In this document: one piece after another, positions 50,867-61,755 of the stretch
How positions within the stretch are numbered: the first letter of the stretch is position 1
Layout: every line of letters starts with the position of its first letter
DNA from: an uncultured bacterium
GTDB lineage: Bacteria > Acidobacteriota > HRBIN11 > JAKEFK01
DNA: 64,000 nt
Reading direction: 5' to 3'
NCBI GenBank assembly: GCA_963843285.1
Contig: CAWJJO010000022.1
Location: 60,985-124,984, forward strand
Translations under genes and position numbers: made by a program
The notes under the pieces: model-generated
The model's input: only the letters and a program-made list of their open reading frames with translations
Told to the model about the DNA's origin: nothing
The model's database searches: none

Positions 50867-50910
50867 AAGTTGTACCTATCAGTAGTATAATAATAATCGC
50901 TTGGACTAAT
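50865..50910. promoter_or_regulatory. Putative OxyR binding site
   Basis: ATAA-N7-CTAT-N7-ATAA pattern between oxyR and dps. Confidence 0.6.
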
Positions 50911-50957
50911 CAAACAGAGGGGACGATACTATCTTTGAAATTCGGGAGGAACAGTCA

Positions 50958-51428
50958 ATGGCTATCAATATTGGCATCAAAGAGAAGGACAGAAAACAGA
51001 TCGCGGACGGGCTTGCCAGGCTTCTGGCGGATACGTACACGCTTTATCTAAAAACCCACAATTTTCACTGGAACGTTACCGGGCCGATGTTTGAAACGCT
51101 CCATCTGATGTTTGAACGGCAATACACCGAACTCGCAATGGCCGTGGATCTGATTGCAGAAAGAATTCGAGCGCTCGGATTTCCCGCCCCTGGCAGCTTC
51201 AGCGATTTTGAAAGGATGGCATCGATCAAAGAGGAAACAGGTGTGCCGGACGCGAAATCGATGATTCGTCAGCTGCTGGATGGTCAGGAAGCAGTGGTTC
51301 GAACTGCTCGATCGGTTTTTCCGGTTGTGGATCGATCTCATGATGAACCTACGGCAGATCTCTTAACTCAGAGAATGCAGGTTCACGAGAAGGCCGCCTG
51401 GATGCTGCGAAGCTTGCTGGAGCAGTAA
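50958..51428 (+). CDS. dps: DNA protection during starvation protein
   Basis: [23 protein letters not shown] and HEKAAWML motifs. Confidence 0.96.
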   Translation: MAINIGIKEKDRKQIADGLARLLADTYTLYLKTHNFHWNVTGPMFETLHLMFERQYTELAMAVDLIAERIRALGFPAPGSFSDFERMASIKEETGVPDAKSMIRQLLDGQEAVVRTARSVFPVVDRSHDEPTADLLTQRMQVHEKAAWMLRSLLEQ

Positions 51429-51451
51429 ACTGGAGCAGTAAAATAGATTGC

Positions 51452-52207
51452 ATGGCTGATCTCCAACATGTGAATTTTCTTATGGCCAACCGCATTGGCT
51501 GGCTGGAGATCCACAGGGCGCCCTCCAACATCATTGACTTCGATTTGATGGATGAGCTTTCGTGGGTTCTGGAGCAGGCAGAATCCTGCGCGATTCTTAT
51601 AATCTCCTCCACGCTCCCGCATTTCTCTTTGGGGGTAGATATCAAGATTCATACCCCGGATCTGGTTCCTGAGATGCTGAGCCGGTTTCATGAAGTGATT
51701 CGTAAGCTGTATCATTTTCCTGGAATTGCCGTTTGCGTCTTGAACGGATACGCGCTGGGGGGCGGGCTTGAGCTCGCCTTATGCTGCGATCTTCTGATTG
51801 CGGGACAGAATACTCAGTTTGGATTTCCGGAAATTCGGCTTGCCTGTTTTCCGCCGGTTGCTGCGGCGTTGCTGCCGCGGATGATCGGCCGGCGGGCGAT
51901 AGAACTGCTGATTTGCGGTGAAACATTGAGAGCCGAACGCGCGCTGGAACTCGGGTTGATCGATCATGTATTCCCGGATCATGATCGGGAAGAATTTGTT
52001 TCAAAGTTTATCGGAAAATTTTCTTCATACAGCCACGATGCGCTGCAAGCACTCAAAAAGGCAATGCGACACTCAGATGGTTTTGATTTCGAGGACGCCC
52101 TGAGAAGAAGCGAAGAAGTGTATCGATCGGAACTGATTCAAAGCCCGGATCTGGTCGAAGGTGTGAAAGCGTTTCTGCAAAAACGTCCACCCAAATTCCG
52201 AAGATAA
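51452..52207 (+). CDS. Enoyl-CoA hydratase/isomerase family protein
   Basis: FSLGVD, ALGGGLELAL and FGFPEI motifs. Confidence 0.9.
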   Translation: MADLQHVNFLMANRIGWLEIHRAPSNIIDFDLMDELSWVLEQAESCAILIISSTLPHFSLGVDIKIHTPDLVPEMLSRFHEVIRKLYHFPGIAVCVLNGYALGGGLELALCCDLLIAGQNTQFGFPEIRLACFPPVAAALLPRMIGRRAIELLICGETLRAERALELGLIDHVFPDHDREEFVSKFIGKFSSYSHDALQALKKAMRHSDGFDFEDALRRSEEVYRSELIQSPDLVEGVKAFLQKRPPKFRR

Positions 52208-52231
52208 AGCTAACCAGTTTTTTTCCACTTT

Positions 52232-52305
52232 GGAGTCAGCGGGCGTCCCTGCCCGCGGTCAAGTGTGAGTTCACTTTCTGCGGGGCACGGAGGCCCCGCA
52301 TCTCC
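52232..52305. repeat. GC-rich REP-like doublet between convergent genes
   Basis: GGAGTCAGCGGGCGTCCCTGCCCGC ... GCGGGGCACGGAGGCCCCGCATCTCC. Confidence 0.78.
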
Positions 52306-52312
52306 AAAATTC

Positions 52313-53632
52313 TTAGCGGAGGTATTCGCGGATTGCTTCGGTCAATCGTGAATAGGTGCTGTTGCGGATTTTCTCATTCCGTTCCAGTGTAGTGATGCGG
52401 AACCCCGGATAGTCTGAATAGAATCCGCTTGCCGGAACGACGCAGATCCCGGTGGCGGCCAGCAGGTAAAAAGCGAATCGCTTGTCCGGCGCCACTCCCG
52501 GTCTGCCGACTTCTTGTTCGACATACTTCCGGATTTCAGGATTCTCAATCCGAAGAGTCTGGCGATCATTCAGCGCACCTTCGCGGAACAGCGGCATCAT
52601 GTAGAAGGCTCCATTCGCCCGATTTACCATGAGCGACTCGATCGATTCCAGACGAACTGCGATCGAATTTGAGATCTTCTCCAACTCTGCGTTGTATTCA
52701 CGGTTCCATGCAGGAAACTCCGGATGATCATACAAACGTGGAGTAATCGCCTGCGGAAGATGCACGGAACAAACTTCCAGCAAGATCCGTTTTTTGACGG
52801 CATCACAGTAGCTGCGATAACCCTCATCGAGATCCACATTGTGAAACTCAACCCAACCGCAGCGCCCACCCGGCCAGGGAACATCTTTGGACAAACCACG
52901 CAGTACAATCAACGGAACACGCTTGCCGGCGACCTCCACCATGGATACAAACTTGTGATTGTTATAAACCATGCGGAAGTAGATTTCATCGGAAAGAATC
53001 ATCAACTGATACCTCTCCGCCAGGCCGGTGATTTCTTCCAGCACCTCTCTCGCATACACGGCGCCGGTTGGATTATTCGGGTTGATCATTGTGATCCCCG
53101 CAATCTGTGGATTGGATCTGATCTGGGATTCCAGATGATCCAGATCGGGTTCCCAATTGCGAAACGGATCGAGTTTGTAGAAAAGCGGCTCGGCTCCGGA
53201 TTCAAACGATTCCATCGATGCATGCGAAGGATAGGTCGGCGCCGGCTGAATCATTCGCGATCCTTGCGGAACCATGTTGTAAAGCGCGGAAATGGCGGCG
53301 CCCAATCCATTCGTAAAGAGTACGTATTCATAGTCCAGTGTGGAAGAAGGGAATAGCTTTTGGGAGAGTCGTGCGACCCACTTTCGAACCTCCGGATTTC
53401 CACGCGAATGCGAGTAGCCGAAAACAGCGTCTCCTTCGCGCTGGATTTCCTCAACGATCAGTTGTTTGACAAACGCAGGGACTCGCCAACCCTTTACAAT
53501 CGGATCACCGATATTTTCACCGATGACTTTGAATCCGGGATCGATTTCTTTAAGCCTCTGCACAACATCAACAATTTCCCGGATTTCATATCGAAGAAAG
53601 GAGACCTTTGGATTGGAGAAATTCGTACGCAT
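52313..53632 (-). CDS. Class I/II PLP aminotransferase (AlaA-like)
   Basis: YEIR, NIGDP, INPNNPTG, SDEIY and GLSK..PWPGGRCGW motifs. Confidence 0.9.
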   Translation of the reverse strand: MRTNFSNPKVSFLRYEIREIVDVVQRLKEIDPGFKVIGENIGDPIVKGWRVPAFVKQLIVEEIQREGDAVFGYSHSRGNPEVRKWVARLSQKLFPSSTLDYEYVLFTNGLGAAISALYNMVPQGSRMIQPAPTYPSHASMESFESGAEPLFYKLDPFRNWEPDLDHLESQIRSNPQIAGITMINPNNPTGAVYAREVLEEITGLAERYQLMILSDEIYFRMVYNNHKFVSMVEVAGKRVPLIVLRGLSKDVPWPGGRCGWVEFHNVDLDEGYRSYCDAVKKRILLEVCSVHLPQAITPRLYDHPEFPAWNREYNAELEKISNSIAVRLESIESLMVNRANGAFYMMPLFREGALNDRQTLRIENPEIRKYVEQEVGRPGVAPDKRFAFYLLAATGICVVPASGFYSDYPGFRITTLERNEKIRNSTYSRLTEAIREYLR

Positions 53633-53666
53633 AGACTTCTATTGTAGGGGATATGATCGAAGTGTG

Positions 53667-53722
53667 GTAGGGCCAACTCTTGTCCCGTTCCGCGCAAAGA
53701 TGGCGCCCACAAGGGCTCCTAC
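53667..53722. repeat. Degenerate GTAG-type REP doublet
   Basis: GTAGGGCCAACTCTTGT ... CCCACAAGGGCTCCTAC. Confidence 0.6.
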
Positions 53723-53724
53723 CA

Positions 53725-54162
53725 CTATTCCGCTATGGCGCGGACTCGAGCGCGTGTTGCTTGAATCTGTTCCAGCTGTTTTTCCAAGATCGTTCGTATT
53801 TCTTCCGGCCAGGCTATTTGAAGCGCATGATGGTAGTTCTTCAAGGCCGCTTCTTCCCCGCGTTCACATTCCGCGATCACCGCTGGATCGTGCTTGCGTG
53901 CGATCGCGATTTTCAGATTCATCCAGCCGCGATGGATTGTTCCCGTAATACTACCTTTTCGATCCGGATCGCCGCCGAGCGTCCGGACTACTCTTTGTAA
54001 TTCTGCGGCAAAATTGCCCCGATGGCGGGAATACTCTTGCAGAAGCATACGATGAAAAGCGCTGGACACAGCTTCTGAAGCTTCACGATATCCGTTTTCA
54101 CCATCTTTGCACGTTTCAATCAGACCATTCAGAACCGTAATGGCCTTTTCTGTGTCGCTCAC
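53725..54162 (-). CDS. PA2169/DUF2383 family ferritin-like four-helix-bundle protein
   Basis: LNGLIETCKDGENGY, HRGWM and ECERGE..A..Y motifs; GTG start with SD. Confidence 0.9.
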   Translation of the reverse strand: MSDTEKAITVLNGLIETCKDGENGYREASEAVSSAFHRMLLQEYSRHRGNFAAELQRVVRTLGGDPDRKGSITGTIHRGWMNLKIAIARKHDPAVIAECERGEEAALKNYHHALQIAWPEEIRTILEKQLEQIQATRARVRAIAE

Positions 54163-54176
54163 GTTGTCCTCTCCTG

Positions 54177-55088
54177 TCAGATCAAAACCACGTTGTGGAT
54201 GACCGCATCATGAACTGTTCTAACAACAAGAACGGGACAGGGTGCATCTGTGACGAGTTTCTTAGCGACGCTCCCCAGAAAAACTTCTTCAATCGGCTTT
54301 CGAGTGTGATGTCCCATTACGAGGAGGTCGGCGTTGCTATCGGTCAAGGCATTCATGATTTCCCGGGCAGGCTCACCTGTTCTGAGCAAGTAATGAACAG
54401 TGCACCAATCTTCCGGGGCATTGCCGACAAGTTCCTTCATAATCCCCACGGACTTGTCCTCTTCATCCAGATCAACCAGCCCTTCCTTTTCCGGCGCAAC
54501 ATGCAGAAAGAAGATTGTGGATTGGTAACTGCGCGCGATCGCGAGGGCACGCTCCGCGATTGCGATATTGTTCGGTTCCAGATCCAGCGCGCAAATAATC
54601 CGGCTGATGCGAATAGGATCATTCGGATCCTTTTCTACAAAATTGTGGCTTGGCTTGCATACAGTCAGCACCGGCACAGAGGATTTGTGCAGCACCTTGT
54701 TTGTCGTGGAACCTACAAAAAAGCGCTCATAGCCTGTGTGCCCATGAGTTCCCATGACAATCAGGTCAAAGTTCTGTTCCAGGGCAATGCGCGGTATCGC
54801 TTCGGAAGCGTTTACAGTTCCGGTTTGACGAATGACACGGATTCCCTGGGGCACGATTCCGGCAACGAACTCCCTCAGTCTTGAGTCCGTATTGGATTGC
54901 ATCGCGTCTCTTGCAGTCAGGATTGCTGCCGGCTCCAGGTATCCGAGTGCCTGGCTCAAGTCAGGTAGAGAATGGTGAACCAGGAGTAGCGCATCGTTTT
55001 CCTTTGCGAGGGCTGCCGCATATCGAAGTGCGAGGGCCGAGAACTCGGAAAAATCGACAGGGCACAGAATCTTCTTGTAAAGTTGCAT
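54177..55088 (-). CDS. Tandem universal stress protein
   Basis: KILCPVDFS; DLIVMGTHG..GS; DLLVMG..LGSVA..PCPVLVV. Confidence 0.93.
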   Translation of the reverse strand: MQLYKKILCPVDFSEFSALALRYAAALAKENDALLLVHHSLPDLSQALGYLEPAAILTARDAMQSNTDSRLREFVAGIVPQGIRVIRQTGTVNASEAIPRIALEQNFDLIVMGTHGHTGYERFFVGSTTNKVLHKSSVPVLTVCKPSHNFVEKDPNDPIRISRIICALDLEPNNIAIAERALAIARSYQSTIFFLHVAPEKEGLVDLDEEDKSVGIMKELVGNAPEDWCTVHYLLRTGEPAREIMNALTDSNADLLVMGHHTRKPIEEVFLGSVAKKLVTDAPCPVLVVRTVHDAVIHNVVLI

Positions 55089-55111
55089 AATCGCCTCCTC
55101 TGCCGGGAAGA

Positions 55112-55127
55112 TGCAAAGCGAGTGCCA
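55112..55127 (-). promoter_or_regulatory. Sigma-54 (-24/-12) promoter for usp-PA2169
   Basis: TGGCACTCGCTTTGCA matches TGGCAC-N5-TTGCA. Confidence 0.75.
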
Positions 55128-55224
55128 TCTATTGCAGACGGGGGTTCGTTGCCCCGGGCTGCCGAAATTACAATTACACTGACAGGATGTCATGGATATG
55201 GATCGATGATCTGACCCGAAAACG

Positions 55225-55240
55225 TGGCGTATAATTTGCA
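55225..55240 (+). promoter_or_regulatory. Sigma-54 (-24/-12) promoter for the tolC-MFP-RND operon
   Basis: TGGCGTATAATTTGCA has GG-N10-GC with TTGCA. Confidence 0.6.
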
Positions 55241-55258
55241 CAGTATGTGAGAATTCTT

Positions 55259-56605
55259 ATGCGACAATTTGCTACGGTCTTTCGGATTGCATTCCTGATT
55301 ATCGCGACAGGCGGGATCTTGTTTTGTGAGGAGATTACCTTTAGGGGCGCCGCGACCCTGATGTTCGAGAAAAGCCCGCTTTTGGCTCAAAGGATGATCG
55401 AACGTCAGATTGCCGAGAAGCAATGGAGCCAATCGCGAGCTTCGTATCTTCCTGCGATCGACTTCATTCAGGGATGGAATCGTTCAAACAATCCCGTTTA
55501 TGTCTTCGGGACCCTACTCAATCAGCAACGCTTCACCGAAGCAAACTTTGCGATTGATTCATTGAATCGACCGGCTCCGGTCTCCGACGTCACTTCGAAG
55601 TTTCAGCTTGGATGGCTGCTTTACGATTTTGGTAGAAGACAAAGTCAGGTGAGCTCCGCTAGAGTCTCCTACGATATCGCAAAGCTGCAAGAGGAGGGTC
55701 TTCGCGCAGGTTTGTTGGAAGAACTGGTAAGACGCTATTATGCCGTCTCTCTGGCTCAGCAGGGAATCGAAACAGCGGAGGATGCAGTCCAGAGCGCTCA
55801 ATCGCGGCTGGATCAGGCAAAGGACAGGGTGCAGGCAGGAATGAGTGTGCAGACGGACATGCTTTCCGCGGAAGTGTTTGTGGCCAGAAGGCGTCAGGAA
55901 CAGGTGGATGCCGCGAATCGGAAGCTGCTCGCGATCGCTGCTCTGGAGGAACTGATCGGTCAGGATCTGGTGTCCGAGATTGATGTGGAAGAATTGGCGG
56001 CGAGAGAATTTCCGGAGCGGGAACTGCAATTGTGGAAAGAGCAGATGATGACGAACCGGCCGGAATGGAGAGCTGCGGTACAAATGCGAAAACAGGCGGA
56101 AGCTCAGGCCGGCTTGCAGCGTTCCGCATTTTTCCCTTCCGTTCAAGCCTGGTCTGCGTACGAATGGCATGGAACATCTCTCGATTACACCGGAGAAAAC
56201 TGGGGAGCAGGTTTGGAGCTTCGCTGGAATTTGTTTCGAGGTTTTGCCGATTCGTCCGGCTATTCGGGCGCCAAGCTCAATACAGAGCGCGCCGCTGAAA
56301 AAGAACGGGAGATTCAGGGTGGTTTGTGGTTACAACTGCAGTCGGCATATTTCACATTCCAGGGCGCAAAGGAAAAGTGGAAAGTGGCCGCCGCAACGCT
56401 GGATCAAGCCGCAGAAAACAAACGCATCTACGCGGACCGTTACACGGCCGGTCTGGTTACGATCCAGGATTCGCTGCAATCCGAAACCGCTTACAGCGAA
56501 ACACGCTTGATGGTGTCGCAAAATCTATACGAATTACGTGTTGCATATGCAGCATTGCTCATGGCTGCTGGAAAACCGGATGACATATTGAGTGAATTTC
56601 CATGA
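55259..56605 (+). CDS. TolC-family outer-membrane efflux protein
   Basis: Signal peptide; two OEP repeats (YLPAID..LLYDFG; FFPSVQ..WNLFRG); first gene of the RND operon. Confidence 0.9.
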   Translation: MRQFATVFRIAFLIIATGGILFCEEITFRGAATLMFEKSPLLAQRMIERQIAEKQWSQSRASYLPAIDFIQGWNRSNNPVYVFGTLLNQQRFTEANFAIDSLNRPAPVSDVTSKFQLGWLLYDFGRRQSQVSSARVSYDIAKLQEEGLRAGLLEELVRRYYAVSLAQQGIETAEDAVQSAQSRLDQAKDRVQAGMSVQTDMLSAEVFVARRRQEQVDAANRKLLAIAALEELIGQDLVSEIDVEELAAREFPERELQLWKEQMMTNRPEWRAAVQMRKQAEAQAGLQRSAFFPSVQAWSAYEWHGTSLDYTGENWGAGLELRWNLFRGFADSSGYSGAKLNTERAAEKEREIQGGLWLQLQSAYFTFQGAKEKWKVAAATLDQAAENKRIYADRYTAGLVTIQDSLQSETAYSETRLMVSQNLYELRVAYAALLMAAGKPDDILSEFP

Positions 56606-57702
56606 AAAAATACATGATTCCCGGATTTTTGTTTTTTTTGCTGGCCTGCGGAAGACAGGAAGCGCCGAGATCAGCGGTTGCGGGCTTCCAGCCAACTCGC
56701 ACTGTGGTTGTGGAGAAAGCTACGCTGATGACTGAAGTTGCCGGGACTGTGCGTGCCGCCGATGTCGCCAATCTGGCAAGCCGGTCCCCTGGTTTTGTCC
56801 GGCGCGTCCAGGCTGCGGCAGGGCAGAAAGTCCAGAAAGGAGATCTGCTGGTATTGATGGACGACCGGAGTCTGGATGCTCAAACCTCCAAGCTGGAGGC
56901 GGCTAAGGCTGAAGCGGATCAGGCGGTGCGGGAGGCGCGCCATCAGCTGGAGTCGGCGGAAGCGCAAAAAGAACTGGCCTCGAATACGTTCGAACGAATT
57001 CGTTCACTCTATGAAAAGAAATCCGCAAGCCTGCAAGAGTTTGAAGAGGCGCAGAGCAAAACGAAGGCCGCGGAGGCAGGATGGCAGGCAGCGGAAGAGC
57101 GGTTGTCGCAGATCGAATCGAGATCCAGACAGGTGGACGCGGAACGCGCGGACCTGTCGGCGGCTTCGGAATATATCCGTGTAGTTGCTCCATTCAGCGG
57201 GATCGTGACATCGGTTCCGGCACAGCAGGGAGCGTTTGTCGGATCGGGCCAGACGCTTGTATCACTGGAGAATCCATCCCGGTATCAGTTCTTTTTTTCT
57301 GTGGAAGGAGCGTTGCTTTCCGCCGTTTCAAAAACAAATCGGCTGAAGGTTAGAATTTCAACGATTGGGGAACAGCCGGTTGCAGCCACGATCGCGGAAG
57401 TCAGCCCCTCTCTGGATGCAAACACAAGGACCTTCCAAATCAAGGCGGATCTGGAGTCTCACCCTCAGCTCCGAAGCGGTCTTGCGGGAACCATTTCGCT
57501 GGAACAGCCAGGCCTAAGCACTCTCTGGATTCCGGCGGAGTTTCTAAGCTCCAAGAATGACGTAGAAACGGTCGTTGTCCAACAGGGAAGCGATTGGCGC
57601 AGGATTCTTGTGAAATCGGGGCGTAAAGACGACGGAAAAGTGGAAATTCTGTCCGGACTGAATGGAGGGGAAACCATTGGACTTCTTGAGGGCGATCCAT
57701 GA
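56602..57702 (+). CDS. RND efflux periplasmic adaptor (lipoprotein)
   Basis: Lipobox LLAC; [17 protein letters not shown] and VEILSGL motifs. Confidence 0.92.
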   Translation: MKKYMIPGFLFFLLACGRQEAPRSAVAGFQPTRTVVVEKATLMTEVAGTVRAADVANLASRSPGFVRRVQAAAGQKVQKGDLLVLMDDRSLDAQTSKLEAAKAEADQAVREARHQLESAEAQKELASNTFERIRSLYEKKSASLQEFEEAQSKTKAAEAGWQAAEERLSQIESRSRQVDAERADLSAASEYIRVVAPFSGIVTSVPAQQGAFVGSGQTLVSLENPSRYQFFFSVEGALLSAVSKTNRLKVRISTIGEQPVAATIAEVSPSLDANTRTFQIKADLESHPQLRSGLAGTISLEQPGLSTLWIPAEFLSSKNDVETVVVQQGSDWRRILVKSGRKDDGKVEILSGLNGGETIGLLEGDP

Positions 57703-60700
57703 GGTCGCTCGGACCTACAGGGAAGCTGGCCGCGTCGTTTCTGCATTCAAAACTTACGCCGCTGATCATTTTTGCGTCGCTGATCCTGGGACTGATCGCA
57801 GTATTCGCTCTTCCACGCGAGGAAGAACCGCAAATCATCGTTCCGGTGATCGACGTCTTTGTGCAAATGCCGGGGGCCTCCGCAAAGGAGGTGGAAGAAC
57901 GCGTAACACGTCCGATGGAAAAGCTGCTCTGGGAAATTCCCGGCGTCGAATATATCTACTCAACCTCCTCTCCCGGATCTGCTATGGCAGTTGTGCGATT
58001 TACTGTTGGACAGGATGAAGAAAAAAGCCTGGTGAGATTGAACCAGAAGCTGCAGGGAAATTTTGATCTGATTCCTCCTGGGGCTTCGTTGCCTCTTGTG
58101 AAACCTCGCTCGATTGATGACGTTCCAATCCTTGCGCTGACACTCTGGAGCGATACCTATGATACTGCCCAGCTGAGAAAGGTAGCCGCAGCCCTGACAA
58201 CTGAGATCAAACAGACTCCTGACGTATCCGAGGCGCGCATCATCGGTGGGAGCAGACGGATCCTCTCCGTGAAGCTCCAGCCCGACAAACTGGAGACGTA
58301 TCAGATTTCCGCTTTGCAAGTTCTTCCCGTTCTGTCCGCCGCCAATTATCAGACGCGCAGCGGTGAATTTTCATCCGGAAATCAACGGTATTTTGTGGAA
58401 ACCTCCGGGTTCGTAGCCTCGCCGGAAGATCTCGGCAGTCTGATCGTGGGCAGTTTCGAAGATCGCCCCGTCTATCTACGGAATGTCGCCATCATAGAAG
58501 ATACTTCAGAAGAGCCGGGCGACTATGTTTTCTTTTGGGACCGCTCTCACAAAGACAGCGAGTCGAGTGCTGTCACGATCACTGTTGCCAAGCGAAAAAA
58601 TAAGAATGCAGTAACGATCGCGGAAAGCGTTCTGAAACATGTGGAAGAATGGAAACGCAGCGTGATTCCTGCGGGCATTGAGATCACGATCACCCGGCAT
58701 TACGGGGAGACAGCGCAGGAGAAATCAAACGAGCTGTTGTTTCACATGATGATTGCGGTTGTATCTGTCACGATCTTGATCGCTTTTGCTCTGGGCCGGA
58801 GGGAGGCGATGGTCGTTGCTGTTGCGATTCCTGTGACTCTGGCGCTTACACTTACCGTCTTTTATTTGTACGGTTATACGTTGAACAGGATCACGCTTTT
58901 TGCGCTCATCTTTTCGATCGGCATTCTGGTGGATGACGCGATTGTCGTTGTGGAAAACATTGTGCGTCACCGGAATCTTCCACAAAACGCGGGACGTCCG
59001 TTCAGTGAAGTGGCTGCGGAAGCCGTTGATGAAGTTGGGAATCCAACTGTACTTGCAACCCTGGCTGTGATTGCGGCGATTTTGCCGATGGCTTTTGTTG
59101 GAGGGTTGATGGGGCCGTACATGCGTCCCATTCCGATCGGCGCCAGCGCGGCGATGCTCTTCTCGCTGATGGTCGCGTTTGTCGTCACCCCCTGGGCTGC
59201 AGTGCGATTGCTTCAGGAACGTAGTGGACATCACGATTCGCAGGAAGGGAAGTTGACACAAATTTATCGTCGTGTGATGAACAATCTGATTCAAGACCCG
59301 CGCGCTCGCAGAAGGTTCCTGATCACGATCGTCGCGCTGCTGCTTGTGTCATTTAGCCTGGTCTATTTCAAAGCGGTGACGGTGAAGATGCTGCCGTTTG
59401 ATAACAAGAGCGAAATGCAGGTGATTATCGACATGCCGGAAGGGACGACTCTGGAACAAACCGCGCGTGCGACGATGCATATCGCTTCGTTCCTGCCAAG
59501 CGTGCCTGAGGTCGTAAACTATCAGACATATGTCGGGACTGCCTCGCCCTACAATTTTAATGGGCTGGTCCGGCACTATTTCCTGCGACGGGGGGCCAAT
59601 GTAGCCGACATTCAGGTCAATCTTGTTGGAAAGCATGATCGCTCAAGACAAAGCCACGAAATCGCGACCAGTATACGCGAACCTTTGGACAAGATCGCCG
59701 CGCTTTACAACGCGAATATTAAGATCGCGGAAGTCCCCCCCGGCCCTCCCGTACTTCAAACTCTGGTCGCAGAGATCTACGGCCCTGATTATTCGAAGCA
59801 GATCAAGATCGCAAAGCAGATCGAAGCGATTTTTCGCAAAACAGACAGCGTGGTAGATGTTGATTCTTATGTCGAAGAGCAAAGTCCAGGTTATCGCTTT
59901 GTTATGGATAAAGGAAAAGCGGCGCTGCTGGGAGTCAGCGCGCGCGACATTGCGGAAACGATGGAGCTGGCATTGACACCCCGGACCGCCGGGTTGTTCC
60001 ACCGCACAAAAGAACCGGAAGATGTGCGTGTCGTTGTAGAAGTTCCCAGAGCGCAGCGTTCTAGCATCGACAGTCTGCTCAGGCTGAAAGTCCGTTCCAC
60101 AGGTGGGAACTTGATCCCTCTTGCAGAATTGGGGCGAGTGGAGAGTGTGACGTCGGAACAGAGCATTTATCACAAGAATTTGATGCCCGTTGTTTATGTG
60201 ACGGGAGATGTAGCGGGTAAAGAAGAAAGCCCTGTGTATGCAATTCTGAAGCTGAAGAAAGAGATCTCAAAACAGATGGAAAAGGAAAAACTTGCGTTCG
60301 AGCAATTTTCTGCACACCAGCCTTTCAGCGCGTCTGTATATTCCATGAAGTGGGACGGTGAGTGGCACGTCACGTACGAGGTTTTTCGCGATCTAGGGAT
60401 GGCCTTTGCGATTGTGCTGATTTTGATCTACATCATTGTGGTTTCGTGGTTTCAGTCATTCAGTACGCCGTTTGTTATCATGGCGGCGATCCCATTTTCG
60501 CTTGTCGGGATCTTTCCAGCTCACGCGTTGCTGGGAGCATTCTTCACAGCGACATCGATGATCGGATTTATTGCAGGCGCAGGAATTGTAGTTCGCAATT
60601 CCATTATTCTTGTGGACTTTATCGAACTTCGTCTGGAACAGGGAATGCCGCTGCCGGAGGCCGTCGTGGATGCGGGCGCGGTCCGGTTCCGTCCGATGGC

Positions 60701-60926
60701 GTTGACTGCGGCGGCTGTGATCGTTGGTTCCGCGGTCATATTGTTTGATCCGATCTTTCAGGGGCTTGCCGTTTCTTTGATGGCCGGTGAAGTGGCATCG
60801 TTATTGCTTTCAAGAATGGCAGTTCCTGTGTTTTGTTATTTGCTGCGACATCGCGAGATTTCCCGCGCTGTACCGCCGCAGGAACGCATTTCCGGAAAGG
60901 ATCTTCCGGAAGGAGAGGTATTATGA
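57699..60926 (+). CDS. RND efflux permease (AcrB/CzcA superfamily)
   Basis: [33 protein letters not shown] and RFRPM motifs; 1075 aa. Confidence 0.95.
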   Translation: MRSLGPTGKLAASFLHSKLTPLIIFASLILGLIAVFALPREEEPQIIVPVIDVFVQMPGASAKEVEERVTRPMEKLLWEIPGVEYIYSTSSPGSAMAVVRFTVGQDEEKSLVRLNQKLQGNFDLIPPGASLPLVKPRSIDDVPILALTLWSDTYDTAQLRKVAAALTTEIKQTPDVSEARIIGGSRRILSVKLQPDKLETYQISALQVLPVLSAANYQTRSGEFSSGNQRYFVETSGFVASPEDLGSLIVGSFEDRPVYLRNVAIIEDTSEEPGDYVFFWDRSHKDSESSAVTITVAKRKNKNAVTIAESVLKHVEEWKRSVIPAGIEITITRHYGETAQEKSNELLFHMMIAVVSVTILIAFALGRREAMVVAVAIPVTLALTLTVFYLYGYTLNRITLFALIFSIGILVDDAIVVVENIVRHRNLPQNAGRPFSEVAAEAVDEVGNPTVLATLAVIAAILPMAFVGGLMGPYMRPIPIGASAAMLFSLMVAFVVTPWAAVRLLQERSGHHDSQEGKLTQIYRRVMNNLIQDPRARRRFLITIVALLLVSFSLVYFKAVTVKMLPFDNKSEMQVIIDMPEGTTLEQTARATMHIASFLPSVPEVVNYQTYVGTASPYNFNGLVRHYFLRRGANVADIQVNLVGKHDRSRQSHEIATSIREPLDKIAALYNANIKIAEVPPGPPVLQTLVAEIYGPDYSKQIKIAKQIEAIFRKTDSVVDVDSYVEEQSPGYRFVMDKGKAALLGVSARDIAETMELALTPRTAGLFHRTKEPEDVRVVVEVPRAQRSSIDSLLRLKVRSTGGNLIPLAELGRVESVTSEQSIYHKNLMPVVYVTGDVAGKEESPVYAILKLKKEISKQMEKEKLAFEQFSAHQPFSASVYSMKWDGEWHVTYEVFRDLGMAFAIVLILIYIIVVSWFQSFSTPFVIMAAIPFSLVGIFPAHALLGAFFTATSMIGFIAGAGIVVRNSIILVDFIELRLEQGMPLPEAVVDAGAVRFRPMALTAAAVIVGSAVILFDPIFQGLAVSLMAGEVASLLLSRMAVPVFCYLLRHREISRAVPPQERISGKDLPEGEVL

Positions 60927-61234
60927 CCCTGGAATACATGATTCGCGCGATTGCAGGCGCTTTTATCTTGATCAGTCTGACGCTCGGTTACACAGTAAAT
61001 CCCTACTGGCATCTGTTTACAGCTTTTGTCGGTCTGAACCTGCTTCAATCTGCGTTCACGCACTGGTGTTTGATGGAAGGTATTTTGAAGAGGTTAGGAC
61101 TGCCAAAGCCGCATCAGGTTTCAGGCCTGGCAAGGAATGTGCATGTCCCAACTGTGGTTTGGGGGTCTAAGAATGCCGGTAAAGATTGGAACCAAGCATC
61201 ACAAGATCGGCGAATCTCTGACGTTGTTAAGTGA
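60923..61234 (+). CDS. DUF2892 (YgaP-like membrane) protein; true end may be 61170
   Basis: [21 protein letters not shown] motifs. Confidence 0.88.
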   Translation: MTLEYMIRAIAGAFILISLTLGYTVNPYWHLFTAFVGLNLLQSAFTHWCLMEGILKRLGLPKPHQVSGLARNVHVPTVVWGSKNAGKDWNQASQDRRISDVVK

Positions 61235-61739
61235 CTGTCATCGCAGGATCGAACGTTTCCTGTATGTACTGATCACCGTATCCAGACAATGTTTCGGGAA
61301 TGAGCTGAATCCGGAACAACAGCGAGTCGTGGAGACGGCGCTGAAATATTTCCGCGATACTGCGCCAAAACATGAGCTCGATGAAGAGGAATCGCTGTTT
61401 CCCAGGATGCGCGCATCGGGAAATCCGCTGGTGGAAAGAGTTCTCAACCGACTGGAGACTTTGGAAGAAGAACACCCGATCCTGGATTTACATCATCAGG
61501 AAGTGGAATCATTCTTCAAGTTGTGGATGCTCAGGGGTTGGCTATCGGAACAAGAAGGTCATCATCTTCGAACAGCCCTCAGCAAGCTTTCGCGGATGTA
61601 CCACAAACACATTCATCTGGAAGAGACTGAAGTATTTCCCCTCGCGATGCAGGTACTGAAACCATTCGAAATCGAGTCGATCCGGCACGAAATGGCTGCC
61701 CGCCGCGAATTCAAACGCGACACCATGTCGCACCCGTGA
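61173..61739 (+). CDS. Hemerythrin (HHE) domain protein
   Basis: [24 protein letters not shown] and HIHLEETEVFP motifs. Confidence 0.88.
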   Translation: MPVKIGTKHHKIGESLTLLSDCHRRIERFLYVLITVSRQCFGNELNPEQQRVVETALKYFRDTAPKHELDEEESLFPRMRASGNPLVERVLNRLETLEEEHPILDLHHQEVESFFKLWMLRGWLSEQEGHHLRTALSKLSRMYHKHIHLEETEVFPLAMQVLKPFEIESIRHEMAARREFKRDTMSHP

Positions 61740-61755
61740 CGATCTGTCGCTTCTG

